Origin: Lachnospiraceae bacterium
GTDB lineage: Bacteria; Bacillota; Clostridia; Lachnospirales; Lachnospiraceae
Assembly: GCA_051880475.1 (NCBI GenBank)
Contig: JBJEOA010000055.1
Coordinates: 28,629 to 92,628 of the forward strand
Reading direction: 5' to 3'
Length of the DNA stretch: 64,000 nucleotides
The stretch's first letter is position 1; each line of letters opens with the position of its first letter. The notes under the pieces were generated by a model that was not told the origin of the DNA, made no database searches, and saw only the letters and a list, made by a program, of their open reading frames with translations. The translations under genes were made by a program, and so were the position numbers. Of this stretch, positions 9,430 through 18,725 are shown piece after piece.

Positions 9430-10839
9430 ATGGGAACTAGTAGTTATATGATACCTAGAATTTTGATTGCGGGTGCAAACAGTGGATGTGGAAAGACGAC
9501 AATTACATGTGCAATTTTAAAAGTGTTGACAGATAAAAGATTTGCTGTTCAATCTTATAAATGTGGTCCAGACTATATTGACCCGATGTTACATACGCAT
9601 ATCACAAAAATAGAGTCTAGAAATCTAGATCCCTTTTTTCTAGATTCTAAGGAGCTAGAGCAGATTTTTATAAAAGATGCCAAAGAAGCAGAGATTGCTG
9701 TAATAGAGGGAGTCATGGGATTTTACGATGGAATTGCGATGACAAAAAATGCGAGTACCCATTCTGTAGCTGAGGCGACAAAGACACCCGTTATTTTAGT
9801 TATGAATATAAAGGGAATGGCAAATACAATCATACCTATTCTAAAAGGATTAAAGGAGTATAATTTTGGAGATAACCAGATTAAAGGAGTTATCTTAAAT
9901 TGCTGCACAAAAAGTTTGCATGATATGCTCAAACCATTAATAGAAGAAGAACTTGGAATTATGGTATGTGGATATTTTCCTGTCGATGAAAAAATTGTTA
10001 TAAAGAGCAGACATTTAGGACTTATGACGGCGCAGGAGATAGGAAACTTAGATGAGATTGTTGAGGAGCTTGGGAAAGTTGCCAGTGAGACGATTGATTT
10101 TGAGAAGATTGTCATGTTGGCAAAGAGCGCATCTGTCTTAGAAGAAAATATAGAAACTCCGAGTGAGATTATAGCTGTCAGAGAAGAACTTGGTGATAAG
10201 GAAATAAAAATTGCTGTGGCAAAGGATAAGGCTTTTTGTTTTTATTACAGAGAAAATTTAGATATTTTAGAGCAGATGGGAGCAAAGCTTTGCTATTTTA
10301 GTCCGATTAAAGATAAGAAATTGCCAGATGGAATATCGGGAATTTATCTTGGAGGTGGATATCCAGAGGCCTATGCGAGAGAGCTTTCAGAAAATAAAAA
10401 ATTGCAAAAAGAAATTGTAAAGGCTCACAACGAAGGAATTCCAATTATTGGAGAATGTGGAGGCTTTATGTATCTCTGTAAAGAATTAACGAATTTAAAA
10501 GGCGAAGTATTCCCTATGTCAGGGCTTGTCGATGCAAAAGTTTTCATGACTCCAAAATTGAATATGCAATTTGGTTATGTAACAGCGACGGCTTTAGAAG
10601 ATACTAGTTTTGTCAAAGAGGGAATGAAGATTCGCACTCATGAATTCCATTATTCAAAAGGAGAGCCAGCGGGAGAACTGTTTGAGATGGAAAAAGTCAG
10701 TGGAAAGAAGTGGCATGGAGTTTACGGTAAAGATAATCTTATGGCGGGATATCCACATTGGTATTTTAGAAACTGTCTTCCTATGGTGGGAAATTTTATG
10801 AGAACTTGCAAGGAAGCATCAAAGATAGGAAAGAAATAA
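9430..10839 (+). CDS. cbiA: Cobyrinate a,c-diamide synthase
   Basis: P-loop NSGCGKTT, CGPDYIDP, C-terminal glutamine amidotransferase GECGGFMYL. Confidence 0.9.
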   Translation: MGTSSYMIPRILIAGANSGCGKTTITCAILKVLTDKRFAVQSYKCGPDYIDPMLHTHITKIESRNLDPFFLDSKELEQIFIKDAKEAEIAVIEGVMGFYDGIAMTKNASTHSVAEATKTPVILVMNIKGMANTIIPILKGLKEYNFGDNQIKGVILNCCTKSLHDMLKPLIEEELGIMVCGYFPVDEKIVIKSRHLGLMTAQEIGNLDEIVEELGKVASETIDFEKIVMLAKSASVLEENIETPSEIIAVREELGDKEIKIAVAKDKAFCFYYRENLDILEQMGAKLCYFSPIKDKKLPDGISGIYLGGGYPEAYARELSENKKLQKEIVKAHNEGIPIIGECGGFMYLCKELTNLKGEVFPMSGLVDAKVFMTPKLNMQFGYVTATALEDTSFVKEGMKIRTHEFHYSKGEPAGELFEMEKVSGKKWHGVYGKDNLMAGYPHWYFRNCLPMVGNFMRTCKEASKIGKK

Positions 10840-10845
10840 AAAAAT

Positions 10846-11853
10846 ATGATACTTACAATAGAAATCGCAATTGGATTCCTTCTCGACTTAATATTGGGAG
10901 ACCCTCGCTGGCTTCCTCATCCAATTGTGTATATAGGGAGAGCAATTAATATATTAAAAAAGAGTGCACAAAAAAAATTATATGGCTGCTTATACAAAGA
11001 GATTTTGGAGGAAGAAAAAGAATCACTTAAAAGAGAAGAAAAGAAGGAATATTTTTTTGGAGTAATTTTATCACTTATTATTGTGATAGGAACATTTTTC
11101 CTTGTCTTTTTTTCCTTATGGCTTCTTGAAAAAATTCATCCGTTCCTTCGATATATTTTGGAGACGTTTTGGATTTATCAGATTTTAGCGACAAAATGTC
11201 TAAAAACAGAGTCTATGAAAGTATATAAAAAATTAAAAGAAGGGGATTTAGAAGGGGCTAGAGTCGAGATTTCTTACCTCGTGGGAAGAGATACACAATC
11301 TCTTAGTGAGGAAGAAGTGGCAAAGGCTACGATAGAGACAGTGGCAGAAAATACGAGCGATGGTGTTATCGCACCGTTATTTTATATTGCAATTTTTGGT
11401 GCACCTCTTGGTATGGCATATAAAGCAATTAATACGCTAGATTCTATGATTGGATATAAAAATGATGAGTTTCTTTATCTTGGCAGATTTGCTGCAAAGC
11501 TTGATGATGTCGCAAATTTTATTCCAGCGAGACTTTGTGCAATTATGATGATGGCCGCTTCTTTTATCCTTGGATTTGATTTTAAAGGAAGTATAAGGAT
11601 TTTTAGGAGAGACCGGTTTGCACATCTTAGCCCAAATAGTGCACAGACAGAGTCCGTGGCTGCTGGGGCACTTCAGATTCAGCTTGGAGGAACTCATGAT
11701 TATTTTGGAAAGCCAGTTGTAAAGCCGACGATTGGGGATGATATCCGCCCAGTAGAGTATGATGATATTAGAAAATGCAATCGGCTCCTTTATGCTACGG
11801 CGATATTGACAGCAATTATAGTTGTTTTGGTTCGGATTTTGTTAAAGATATGA
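10846..11853 (+). CDS. cbiB: Adenosylcobinamide-phosphate synthase
   Basis: LLDLILGDPRWLPHPIVYIGR N-terminus, membrane protein, SPNSAQTE motif. Confidence 0.88.
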   Translation: MILTIEIAIGFLLDLILGDPRWLPHPIVYIGRAINILKKSAQKKLYGCLYKEILEEEKESLKREEKKEYFFGVILSLIIVIGTFFLVFFSLWLLEKIHPFLRYILETFWIYQILATKCLKTESMKVYKKLKEGDLEGARVEISYLVGRDTQSLSEEEVAKATIETVAENTSDGVIAPLFYIAIFGAPLGMAYKAINTLDSMIGYKNDEFLYLGRFAAKLDDVANFIPARLCAIMMMAASFILGFDFKGSIRIFRRDRFAHLSPNSAQTESVAAGALQIQLGGTHDYFGKPVVKPTIGDDIRPVEYDDIRKCNRLLYATAILTAIIVVLVRILLKI

Positions 11854-11949
11854 GTAAGCAAAGACGAAGAAAAATTTCTTTTTGCCATTTGTTTAAAGGA
11901 GATAGAAAATGGAAGAATCTGAAAAAATAGCACAGAAAGGAATGGACAG

Positions 11950-13023
11950 ATGAAAAAGCATGGAGGAAATGTCTATGAAAAGGCAAAGACATTAGGAGTG
12001 GATAAAGAAGAAATACTTGATTTTTCAGCCAATATTAGTCCTCTTGGAATTCCAAGAGGAGTAAAGCAAGCAATGATAGCAAGTATTGATGAGCTCATTC
12101 ACTATCCAGACCCAGACTGTGTGGAGCTAAAAAAAGCGATAGCCAAGGCAGAAAATGTGAGAGAAGAGTTTATAGAATGTGGAAATGGCGGAGCTGATTT
12201 ATTATTTCGCCTAGCGCTTGCCCTAAAGCCAAAACGAGTTTTGCTTCTAGCTCCTACTTTTGTAGAGTACGAAGAAGCAATGAAAGCGGTGGGTAGTGAG
12301 ATTCACTACACAACGCTAGATGAGGAATTTAGGATTTGTCCAGAGTGGATAAAAAGAAAGCTAAAAGAAGGCGCAGAGCTTTTTATTTTATGCAATCCGA
12401 ATAATCCGACTGGATTATTGACAAAAAGAGAAGAGATTTTAGATATTTTAGAAGAGGCAAAAAAAATCGGCTGTAAAGTATTAGTTGATGAGTGTTTTTT
12501 AGAATTGTACGAAAGAGAGATGGACTATTCTCTAAAACCTTATTTAGACAAATATGACAATTTATTCATTTTAAAATCTTTTACAAAATTATACGCAATT
12601 CCAGGCGTAAGGCTTGGCTATATTTTGAGCAGTAATACAAAAAAACTAGAGAAAATTAAGTCATCTGGTCAGGCATGGGGCGTAAGCCATATTGCACAAA
12701 GAGCAGGAGTTGCGGCATTGGAGGAGAAGGCATATAAAGAGAGAACAATAAAATTTATCGCCGAAGAAAATCTATTTTTAAAAGAAAATCTTCGCAATCT
12801 TGGAATCCACGTATTAGACGGCGCAGTAAATTATTTGTTTTTTTATACAAAACAAAAAGATTTAAATGATAGACTGGAAAAATATTCCATTTTGATTCGA
12901 GATTGCAGTAATTATCAAGGTCTGGAAAAAGGATATTTTCGAATTGCGGTAAATAGCCGAGAGGAAAATATAAAATTAATAGAAGCATTAAAAAAGATAA
13001 AAGAAGAGGTGGGAGGTTTTTAA
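11950..13023 (+). CDS. cobD: Threonine-phosphate decarboxylase (PLP, class I/II aminotransferase fold)
   Basis: HGGNVYE start, NPNNPTG, SFTKLYAIPGVRLGY lysine motif, operon context. Confidence 0.8.
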   Translation: MKKHGGNVYEKAKTLGVDKEEILDFSANISPLGIPRGVKQAMIASIDELIHYPDPDCVELKKAIAKAENVREEFIECGNGGADLLFRLALALKPKRVLLLAPTFVEYEEAMKAVGSEIHYTTLDEEFRICPEWIKRKLKEGAELFILCNPNNPTGLLTKREEILDILEEAKKIGCKVLVDECFLELYEREMDYSLKPYLDKYDNLFILKSFTKLYAIPGVRLGYILSSNTKKLEKIKSSGQAWGVSHIAQRAGVAALEEKAYKERTIKFIAEENLFLKENLRNLGIHVLDGAVNYLFFYTKQKDLNDRLEKYSILIRDCSNYQGLEKGYFRIAVNSREENIKLIEALKKIKEEVGGF

Positions 13024-15078
13024 ATGGCAGCAAAAGTAATTATGGTGCAAGGTACTATGTCTAATTCCGGAAAGACATTTGTGACAGCGGGGTTTTGCCG
13101 TGTATTTCGGCAGGCGGGTTATAAAGTTGCACCGTTTAAGGCACAAAATATGGCACTTAATTCCTATATTACAAAAGAGGGATTGGAAATTGGAAGAGCA
13201 CAGGCGATGCAGGCAGAGGCAGCTATGATAGAGCCAACCCATTATATGAATCCAGTTTTGTTAAAGCCGACTAGTCATATGGGTTCTCAAGTGATAGTAA
13301 ACGGCGAAGTATTTGCCAATTTAAGCGCACAAGAATATTATGAGAAAAAGAAAGGCTTGAAAAAAGATGTTATGGCGGCTTTTTCTCATCTTGCAAAAGA
13401 AAATGATATTATTGTCATTGAGGGAGCTGGAAGTCCAGCAGAGATTAACTTAGCAAAAGATGATTTTGTAAATATGGGAATGGCAAAGATGGCGGATGCC
13501 GATGTATTCTTGGTGGCAGATATTGACCGCGGAGGTGTATTTGCCTCTATATATGGAACAATTAAATTAATGTCCAAAGAAGACCAAGATAGAATAAAGG
13601 GAATTATTATTAATAAGTTTAGAGGAGATGTATCTATTCTAAAGCCAGGATTAAAAATGATAGAAGATTTGGTAAATATACCTGTTATTGGAGTTTTACC
13701 GATGGAAAAAATTGATGTCGATGATGAAGATAGTCTATCTGAGCGTTTAAATCAAAAAACAATTCAAGAGGGAATTGATGTGGCGGTTATTCGTCTTCCT
13801 CATATTTCTAATTTTACAGATTTTAGCGTATTTGAGTTAGTGGACGGTGTATCTCTTCGCTATGTGACGGATAAAAAGGAATTAGGAGAGCCAGACTTGA
13901 TTTTACTCCCAGGTACGAAAAATACAATGAGCGATATGTGCTGGTTAAAGGAGAGTGGACTAGAGGGAGCCATTATTCGTGCATCGGCAAAAACAAGGAT
14001 AATCGGTATTTGTGGAGGATTTCAGCTTCTTGGAAAAGAATTAAAAGATCCGTATAATGTAGAGCACGGCGGAGAAATGAAGGGACTTGGTCTCCTTGAT
14101 ATTGAGACTATCTTTGAGGAGGCAAAGACGAGGACTCGCATTATGGGAAATATTTTAGAAGATTCTAATTTATATGGATTAGAAAAACGAGAGGTTGAAG
14201 GTTACGAAATCCATATGGGTGTGACAAAAAATCTTGGCGAAGCAAAACCTATGATAGAACTTTCGGATGGCAGAATAGATGGATTTCGAAATGAGACAGG
14301 CTCTGTCTGGGGAAGTTATTTGCATGGCATTTTTGACAATGAAGCTTTGCTTTTTGGAATTGTACACCAAATTATGAGGGAAAGGGGAATTGATCCTTTA
14401 GATAATCATCTAAGTGTTGCGGAATATAAAGAAATTCAGTATAATAAATTAGCAGACTTAATTCGAGAAAATATAGATATGGATTATGTATATGAGCTTT
14501 TAGAAAAGCAAGAATGTCTCCAAAAAGAAAAACAGGAAAGTGCAGAAAAATCAACAGAGAAAAAAGGGTATGTTCACTTATACTGTGGAGATGGAAAAGG
14601 AAAGACAACTTGCAGCATGGGACTTCTTATTCGGGCTGCGGGAAGTGGAAAGAAAGTTTTACTGCATCAATTTATGAAGGATAATTCTAGCAGTGAGAGA
14701 AACATAATTTCTGGTATTCCAAATATAACGATTCTGCCGGGAGAAGAAAAAGTATGCTTTACATTTTCTATGACAGAAGAAGAAAAAAGTATTCAAAAAC
14801 TTAAAAATGACAAGATGATAGAGAAAATTTCTAATATGATGAAGGATTATGATATGATTGTATTAGATGAGGTTCTCTATGCGATTACAAAAGGGGTTTT
14901 ATCTGAGAAGATTGTATTAGAATTATTAGATAATCGTCCAGAAAATGTAGAGGTTGTATTAACCGGTCGCAATCCTAGTGAGGCTATGATAGAGAGGGCA
15001 GACTATATGTCTGAGATAAAGAAGATAAAGCATCCATTTGATGAGGGAGTAAAGAGTCGCGTAGGCATCGAAAAATAG
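13024..15078 (+). CDS. cbiP/cobO: Cobyric acid synthase fused to a C-terminal CobO/BtuR-type corrinoid adenosyltransferase domain
   Basis: aa 1-~495 are CbiP-like (MVQGTMSNSGKT, GICGGFQLLG GATase). After a K/E-rich linker, aa ~513-684 read YVHLYCGDGKGKTTCSMGL...VLDEVLYA...TGRN...HPF, the CobO/BtuR pattern. Confidence 0.88.
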   Translation: MAAKVIMVQGTMSNSGKTFVTAGFCRVFRQAGYKVAPFKAQNMALNSYITKEGLEIGRAQAMQAEAAMIEPTHYMNPVLLKPTSHMGSQVIVNGEVFANLSAQEYYEKKKGLKKDVMAAFSHLAKENDIIVIEGAGSPAEINLAKDDFVNMGMAKMADADVFLVADIDRGGVFASIYGTIKLMSKEDQDRIKGIIINKFRGDVSILKPGLKMIEDLVNIPVIGVLPMEKIDVDDEDSLSERLNQKTIQEGIDVAVIRLPHISNFTDFSVFELVDGVSLRYVTDKKELGEPDLILLPGTKNTMSDMCWLKESGLEGAIIRASAKTRIIGICGGFQLLGKELKDPYNVEHGGEMKGLGLLDIETIFEEAKTRTRIMGNILEDSNLYGLEKREVEGYEIHMGVTKNLGEAKPMIELSDGRIDGFRNETGSVWGSYLHGIFDNEALLFGIVHQIMRERGIDPLDNHLSVAEYKEIQYNKLADLIRENIDMDYVYELLEKQECLQKEKQESAEKSTEKKGYVHLYCGDGKGKTTCSMGLLIRAAGSGKKVLLHQFMKDNSSSERNIISGIPNITILPGEEKVCFTFSMTEEEKSIQKLKNDKMIEKISNMMKDYDMIVLDEVLYAITKGVLSEKIVLELLDNRPENVEVVLTGRNPSEAMIERADYMSEIKKIKHPFDEGVKSRVGIEK

Positions 15079-15172
15079 CAAAATTGAAGAAAAAGCATAC
15101 TTGTAAAAATACAAAATATGTGGGAGAATATAAGAAATATAAACTTCTATATAGAAAAGAGGAAAATAAAGT

Positions 15173-16069
15173 ATGAATTTTACAATGCTTGCGGGACCAC
15201 TTATCGGTGCCGTTATCGGATATTTGACAAATAATATTGCAGTGAAGATGTTGTTTCGTCCATTGCGTCCAGTGAAGATAGGAAAATATACTCTGCCCTT
15301 CACTCCTGGAATTATTCCAAAGGGGCAAAGTAGATTAGCTAGAGCAGTGGGCAGTGCTGTCGGAAATAATCTTTTGACAGAAGATGTATTTGAAAAAAAA
15401 TTGCTCTCTGATGAGACAATTGGAAAAATGGAAAATTATATCGATGAATTTTTCGAAAAGGAAAAAGAGAGCGATACGACACTTGAGGAACTTTTAGGAA
15501 TGATAAGCAGTCCACAGATAGCTGCGCAGCAGATTGAGATGGCAAAGTCTTCCATTACAGAGAGAATGACAAATAAGATAAAAGAGGCAAATCTTGGGGC
15601 AATTGTTTCTGACGCGGTAGTCGATGCGGCAAAAAAGAAAATCGCCGGAAGCTTTCTAGAGATGATGGTAAGTGACAATATGCTCAGGTCCATTGCAGGA
15701 TACGTAGAAGAAAATGTGGAAGAGTATATTGAGGATCACGGAGAGGAAGTCGTTGGGAAGATGGTAGACGACGAGGCGGATAATCTGATGAATAAGACAG
15801 TAGGAGAAGTCGTAATAACGATGGAGAATAGTCGATTTGACTGGAAAGAAATCCTTATAAATGCTTATAAAAAACTAATCCGTACAAAGGGAAAAGAGAT
15901 GGTACAGCAGCTTGATATTCCAAAGATGGTGGAAGAGAGAGTCAATGCGATGGATGTGCTAGAGCTTGAAGAACTTGTTATGTCAGTGATGAAAAAAGAA
16001 CTGAATGCGATTGTAAATCTTGGTGCTTTGATTGGATTTGTAATGGGATTATTAAACTTATTATTTTAA
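15173..16069 (+). CDS. DUF445-like membrane-associated protein
   Basis: N-terminal GYLTNNIAVKMLFRP and C-terminal hydrophobic LGALIGFVMGLLNLLF, typical of the YheB/DUF445 family as I remember it. Confidence 0.6.
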   Translation: MNFTMLAGPLIGAVIGYLTNNIAVKMLFRPLRPVKIGKYTLPFTPGIIPKGQSRLARAVGSAVGNNLLTEDVFEKKLLSDETIGKMENYIDEFFEKEKESDTTLEELLGMISSPQIAAQQIEMAKSSITERMTNKIKEANLGAIVSDAVVDAAKKKIAGSFLEMMVSDNMLRSIAGYVEENVEEYIEDHGEEVVGKMVDDEADNLMNKTVGEVVITMENSRFDWKEILINAYKKLIRTKGKEMVQQLDIPKMVEERVNAMDVLELEELVMSVMKKELNAIVNLGALIGFVMGLLNLLF

Positions 16070-16183
16070 TATTATGATATTCAATCTAAGAAAGGAGGGA
16101 GAAAAGGAAACAGTAAAATTTTATACCTGTCTTTACAGGCATAACCACATAGGCTGAACAGGTAAACGAAAGGAGAGAGAAGT

Positions 16184-16945
16184 ATGAAAATGAAAAAAAG
16201 ATTTTTGCCAGTATTAATAGCAGTTTTTGCATTTGCCCTCATATTTACGTCAAATCAAGCAATGGCAGCAGAGAAAACAGGTGAGAAAGGATATCTTGGA
16301 GCGAAGGTAGAAGAAGGAAGCTCTGCTTCAGCAAGCTATAGATATGTCACAAACTGCAAATACTATGTTTCTATGAAAAAATCAGCAAGTAGTAGCTCTA
16401 AAACAATAACAACCGTTCCTTATGCAAATAAAGTAACTTATTTGGGAAAAAGTGGAAGCTATTCTAAAGTTAAGTTTTATAACGATATGGATAAAAAAAC
16501 TTATACAGGATATATTAAGTCTTCTTACTTAGCGAGCAGCATATATTTTTACTATGAAGATGTTTATAAGGCGTTTATGAAATGGAGAGGCATGAGTGGC
16601 AAAGTATATTATTCCTATTGTCTTGGACCATATGATTCTATACAGGGGAAAAATATACCAGCGTTGCTTACATCAAATTCTAGTAAATCAAGTGGACGCA
16701 AGATTTATATGTATGTTTTTATTAGCGGAGATTTAAGAAGAGTTCATTTTAATGGAGTGACAGGTAAATATACGTTAACTCCTTCAGGAAGTTGGCTTCT
16801 CTATAACAGTAGATATTTAGCATATAAACAAAGTAGTGGAAAATACAGAGTTTTAAGCTGGACTTCCACCTCAAAAGCTAAATTAGTTACAAAATATATT
16901 TCTTCTAGCTATATGAAAACATTAGGTTTTGGAAAATTTTATTAA
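16184..16945 (+). CDS. Secreted protein with SH3b-like module
   Basis: Signal peptide MKMKKRFLPVLIAVFAFALIFTSNQAMA. The stretch YVSMKKSASSSSKTITTVPYANKVTYLGKSGSYSKVKF...GYIKSSYL fits a bacterial SH3 pattern. Confidence 0.55.
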   Translation: MKMKKRFLPVLIAVFAFALIFTSNQAMAAEKTGEKGYLGAKVEEGSSASASYRYVTNCKYYVSMKKSASSSSKTITTVPYANKVTYLGKSGSYSKVKFYNDMDKKTYTGYIKSSYLASSIYFYYEDVYKAFMKWRGMSGKVYYSYCLGPYDSIQGKNIPALLTSNSSKSSGRKIYMYVFISGDLRRVHFNGVTGKYTLTPSGSWLLYNSRYLAYKQSSGKYRVLSWTSTSKAKLVTKYISSSYMKTLGFGKFY

Positions 16946-17020
16946 ATGATGTATCATAATACAATAAAAAGGTATCTTATATAGATATGATTGCTTTTTT
17001 TAGAGTAGTCATATAGTCAT

Positions 17021-17080
17021 ATAAATTCAGCTGGGATTGTTTTTGGATAAACTTATATTGCAATCGCAGCTGAATTTATA
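17021..17080. terminator. Long hairpin between convergent genes (bidirectional terminator)
   Basis: ATAAATTCAGCTGGGATTG (17021-17039) pairs with CAATCGCAGCTGAATTTAT (17062-17080) with 1 mismatch. It is flanked by outer complementary arms AAAAAGGTATCTTAT (16967-) and ATAAGATACTTTTTT (17086-). Confidence 0.65.
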
Positions 17081-17113
17081 TCTAATAAGATACTTTTTTA
17101 TTGCTTGTAAAAA

Positions 17114-17647
17114 CTATTCTTCTTCCTGTTCTTGAACTTTTAAAATTTCATTTAGTGTGTGAAGAAAGGAATCTGATTCTTTATTTTCATTCTGCTCTTT
17201 GCTTTGGTTTGCCATAAGAAGCGGTAAAAGTTTTAAGAGAATCTCTTGAGTATTTCCATTATTGGAATTAGAAGAAGAGTAACTAGAAGAGAAAATATCT
17301 GGATTATTCTTCATTAATTCCGTATAAGTTTGATACATCTTCATAATATTTCGCATCGTAATAATTTGGTCGATTTGTTCTGCCATTTCTGGACTACTAT
17401 TATTTCGAAGTGCAGTGAGGAGGGAATCAATATTTGGAGGACTATTTTCAAGACCACAGGCAGATAATTTTTCTTCATCGTCAAATTCCGTGAGTATTTT
17501 TTTTATTTCAAGAAATTTAATCGAGAGAGCGAGAGGTTTTCTTAAATGCTCTCCTATGTATGGCATAATAGATTCTAACATAGAAAGTTGATTATCTTGC
17601 AAAAATTGTTGTAGGGCAAAATTTTCCTTTTGTATTATTTCTTCCAT
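17114..17647 (-). CDS. Hypothetical acidic protein with S/N-rich linker
   Basis: 177-aa ORF with RBS AGGAAAGGAGA upstream on the minus strand. No motif recognised. Confidence 0.55.
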   Translation of the reverse strand: MEEIIQKENFALQQFLQDNQLSMLESIMPYIGEHLRKPLALSIKFLEIKKILTEFDDEEKLSACGLENSPPNIDSLLTALRNNSSPEMAEQIDQIITMRNIMKMYQTYTELMKNNPDIFSSSYSSSNSNNGNTQEILLKLLPLLMANQSKEQNENKESDSFLHTLNEILKVQEQEEE

Positions 17648-17924
17648 AAAAAATATCTCCTTTCCTTAGATTAAGATGCCTAATTTCACAGATAGAAATA
17701 TAAATAAAGTTTTGATTGTTTCGTGATTCACACTCTCACAATCATTACTGTATTTTTATTTATGCTATAAATATGAGAGAAGAAAAAATTTTATGTCTAT
17801 ATTTTTAGTGGAAGAAGAAGGGAAAAGAATAAGAGAGTTGTAAAGGAAAAAATCATATGGTAAAATGAAAGAAAAACGTAAATATATGAGATAATAAATA
17901 AATTGATATAAAGAGGAAAAAGAT

Positions 17925-18725
17925 ATGAAACTTACAATATTAGGAACAGGAAATGCAATGGTGACAAAGTATTATAATACATGCTTTGTCTTAGAGGAAG
18001 AGGAAAAATATTTTATGGTAGATGCCGGCGGTGGAAACGGCATTATGCAGCAGTTAAATAAGGCAAAACTTGACTGGAGAGATATGAGAGATATTTTTGT
18101 GACACATAAACATATTGACCATATTACAGGAATGATTTGGATGATTCGTCTCTTCGCACAAAATATGGTGGCAGGTAAAATAGAGGGAGATGTTAATATA
18201 TACGGTCATGAAGAGGTAGTTGAAATTTTGCAAAAATTATCTAATATGCTTCTTGTAAAAAAACAGGCAAAAATGGTTGGTGAGAGAATTCATCTTATTA
18301 CAGTAGAAGACGGCGATGAATATGAAATCTTAGGAAAAAAAGTAACTTTTTTTGATATCCAGTCCAAAAAGGATAAGCAGTTTGGCTTTACAATGTGGCT
18401 GAATGAAGAAGAAAAACTAACTTGCTGCGGAGATGAACCGTATAAGGAATGTGAGGAAAAATATGCGAAAAATAGCACATGGCTTATGCACGAGGCATTT
18501 TGTCTTTACGATCAGGCAGATATATTTAAGCCTTATGAAAAACACCACTCTACAGCAAAAGATGCGGCAGTTTTAGCAGAGAAGCTAAATATAAAAAATT
18601 TAATTTTATATCACACAGAAGAAGCGACCTTTGGGGAGAGAAAAGAATTATATACAAAAGAGGCAAAACAGCATTTTAGTGGAGCTGTATACGTGCCAGA
18701 TGATTTGGAGGTATTAAAACTATGA
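17925..18725 (+). CDS. MBL-fold metallo-hydrolase
   Basis: HKHIDHITG (HxHxDH) motif; RBS AAGAGGAAAAAG. Confidence 0.8.
   Translation: MKLTILGTGNAMVTKYYNTCFVLEEEEKYFMVDAGGGNGIMQQLNKAKLDWRDMRDIFVTHKHIDHITGMIWMIRLFAQNMVAGKIEGDVNIYGHEEVVEILQKLSNMLLVKKQAKMVGERIHLITVEDGDEYEILGKKVTFFDIQSKKDKQFGFTMWLNEEEKLTCCGDEPYKECEEKYAKNSTWLMHEAFCLYDQADIFKPYEKHHSTAKDAAVLAEKLNIKNLILYHTEEATFGERKELYTKEAKQHFSGAVYVPDDLEVLKL

Noticed and set aside
11854-11949. Cobalamin riboswitch in the cbiB-cobD gap.
   Set aside because: 96 nt is too short, and no B12-box-like sequence is seen. The operon's riboswitch, if any, should lie upstream of the window.
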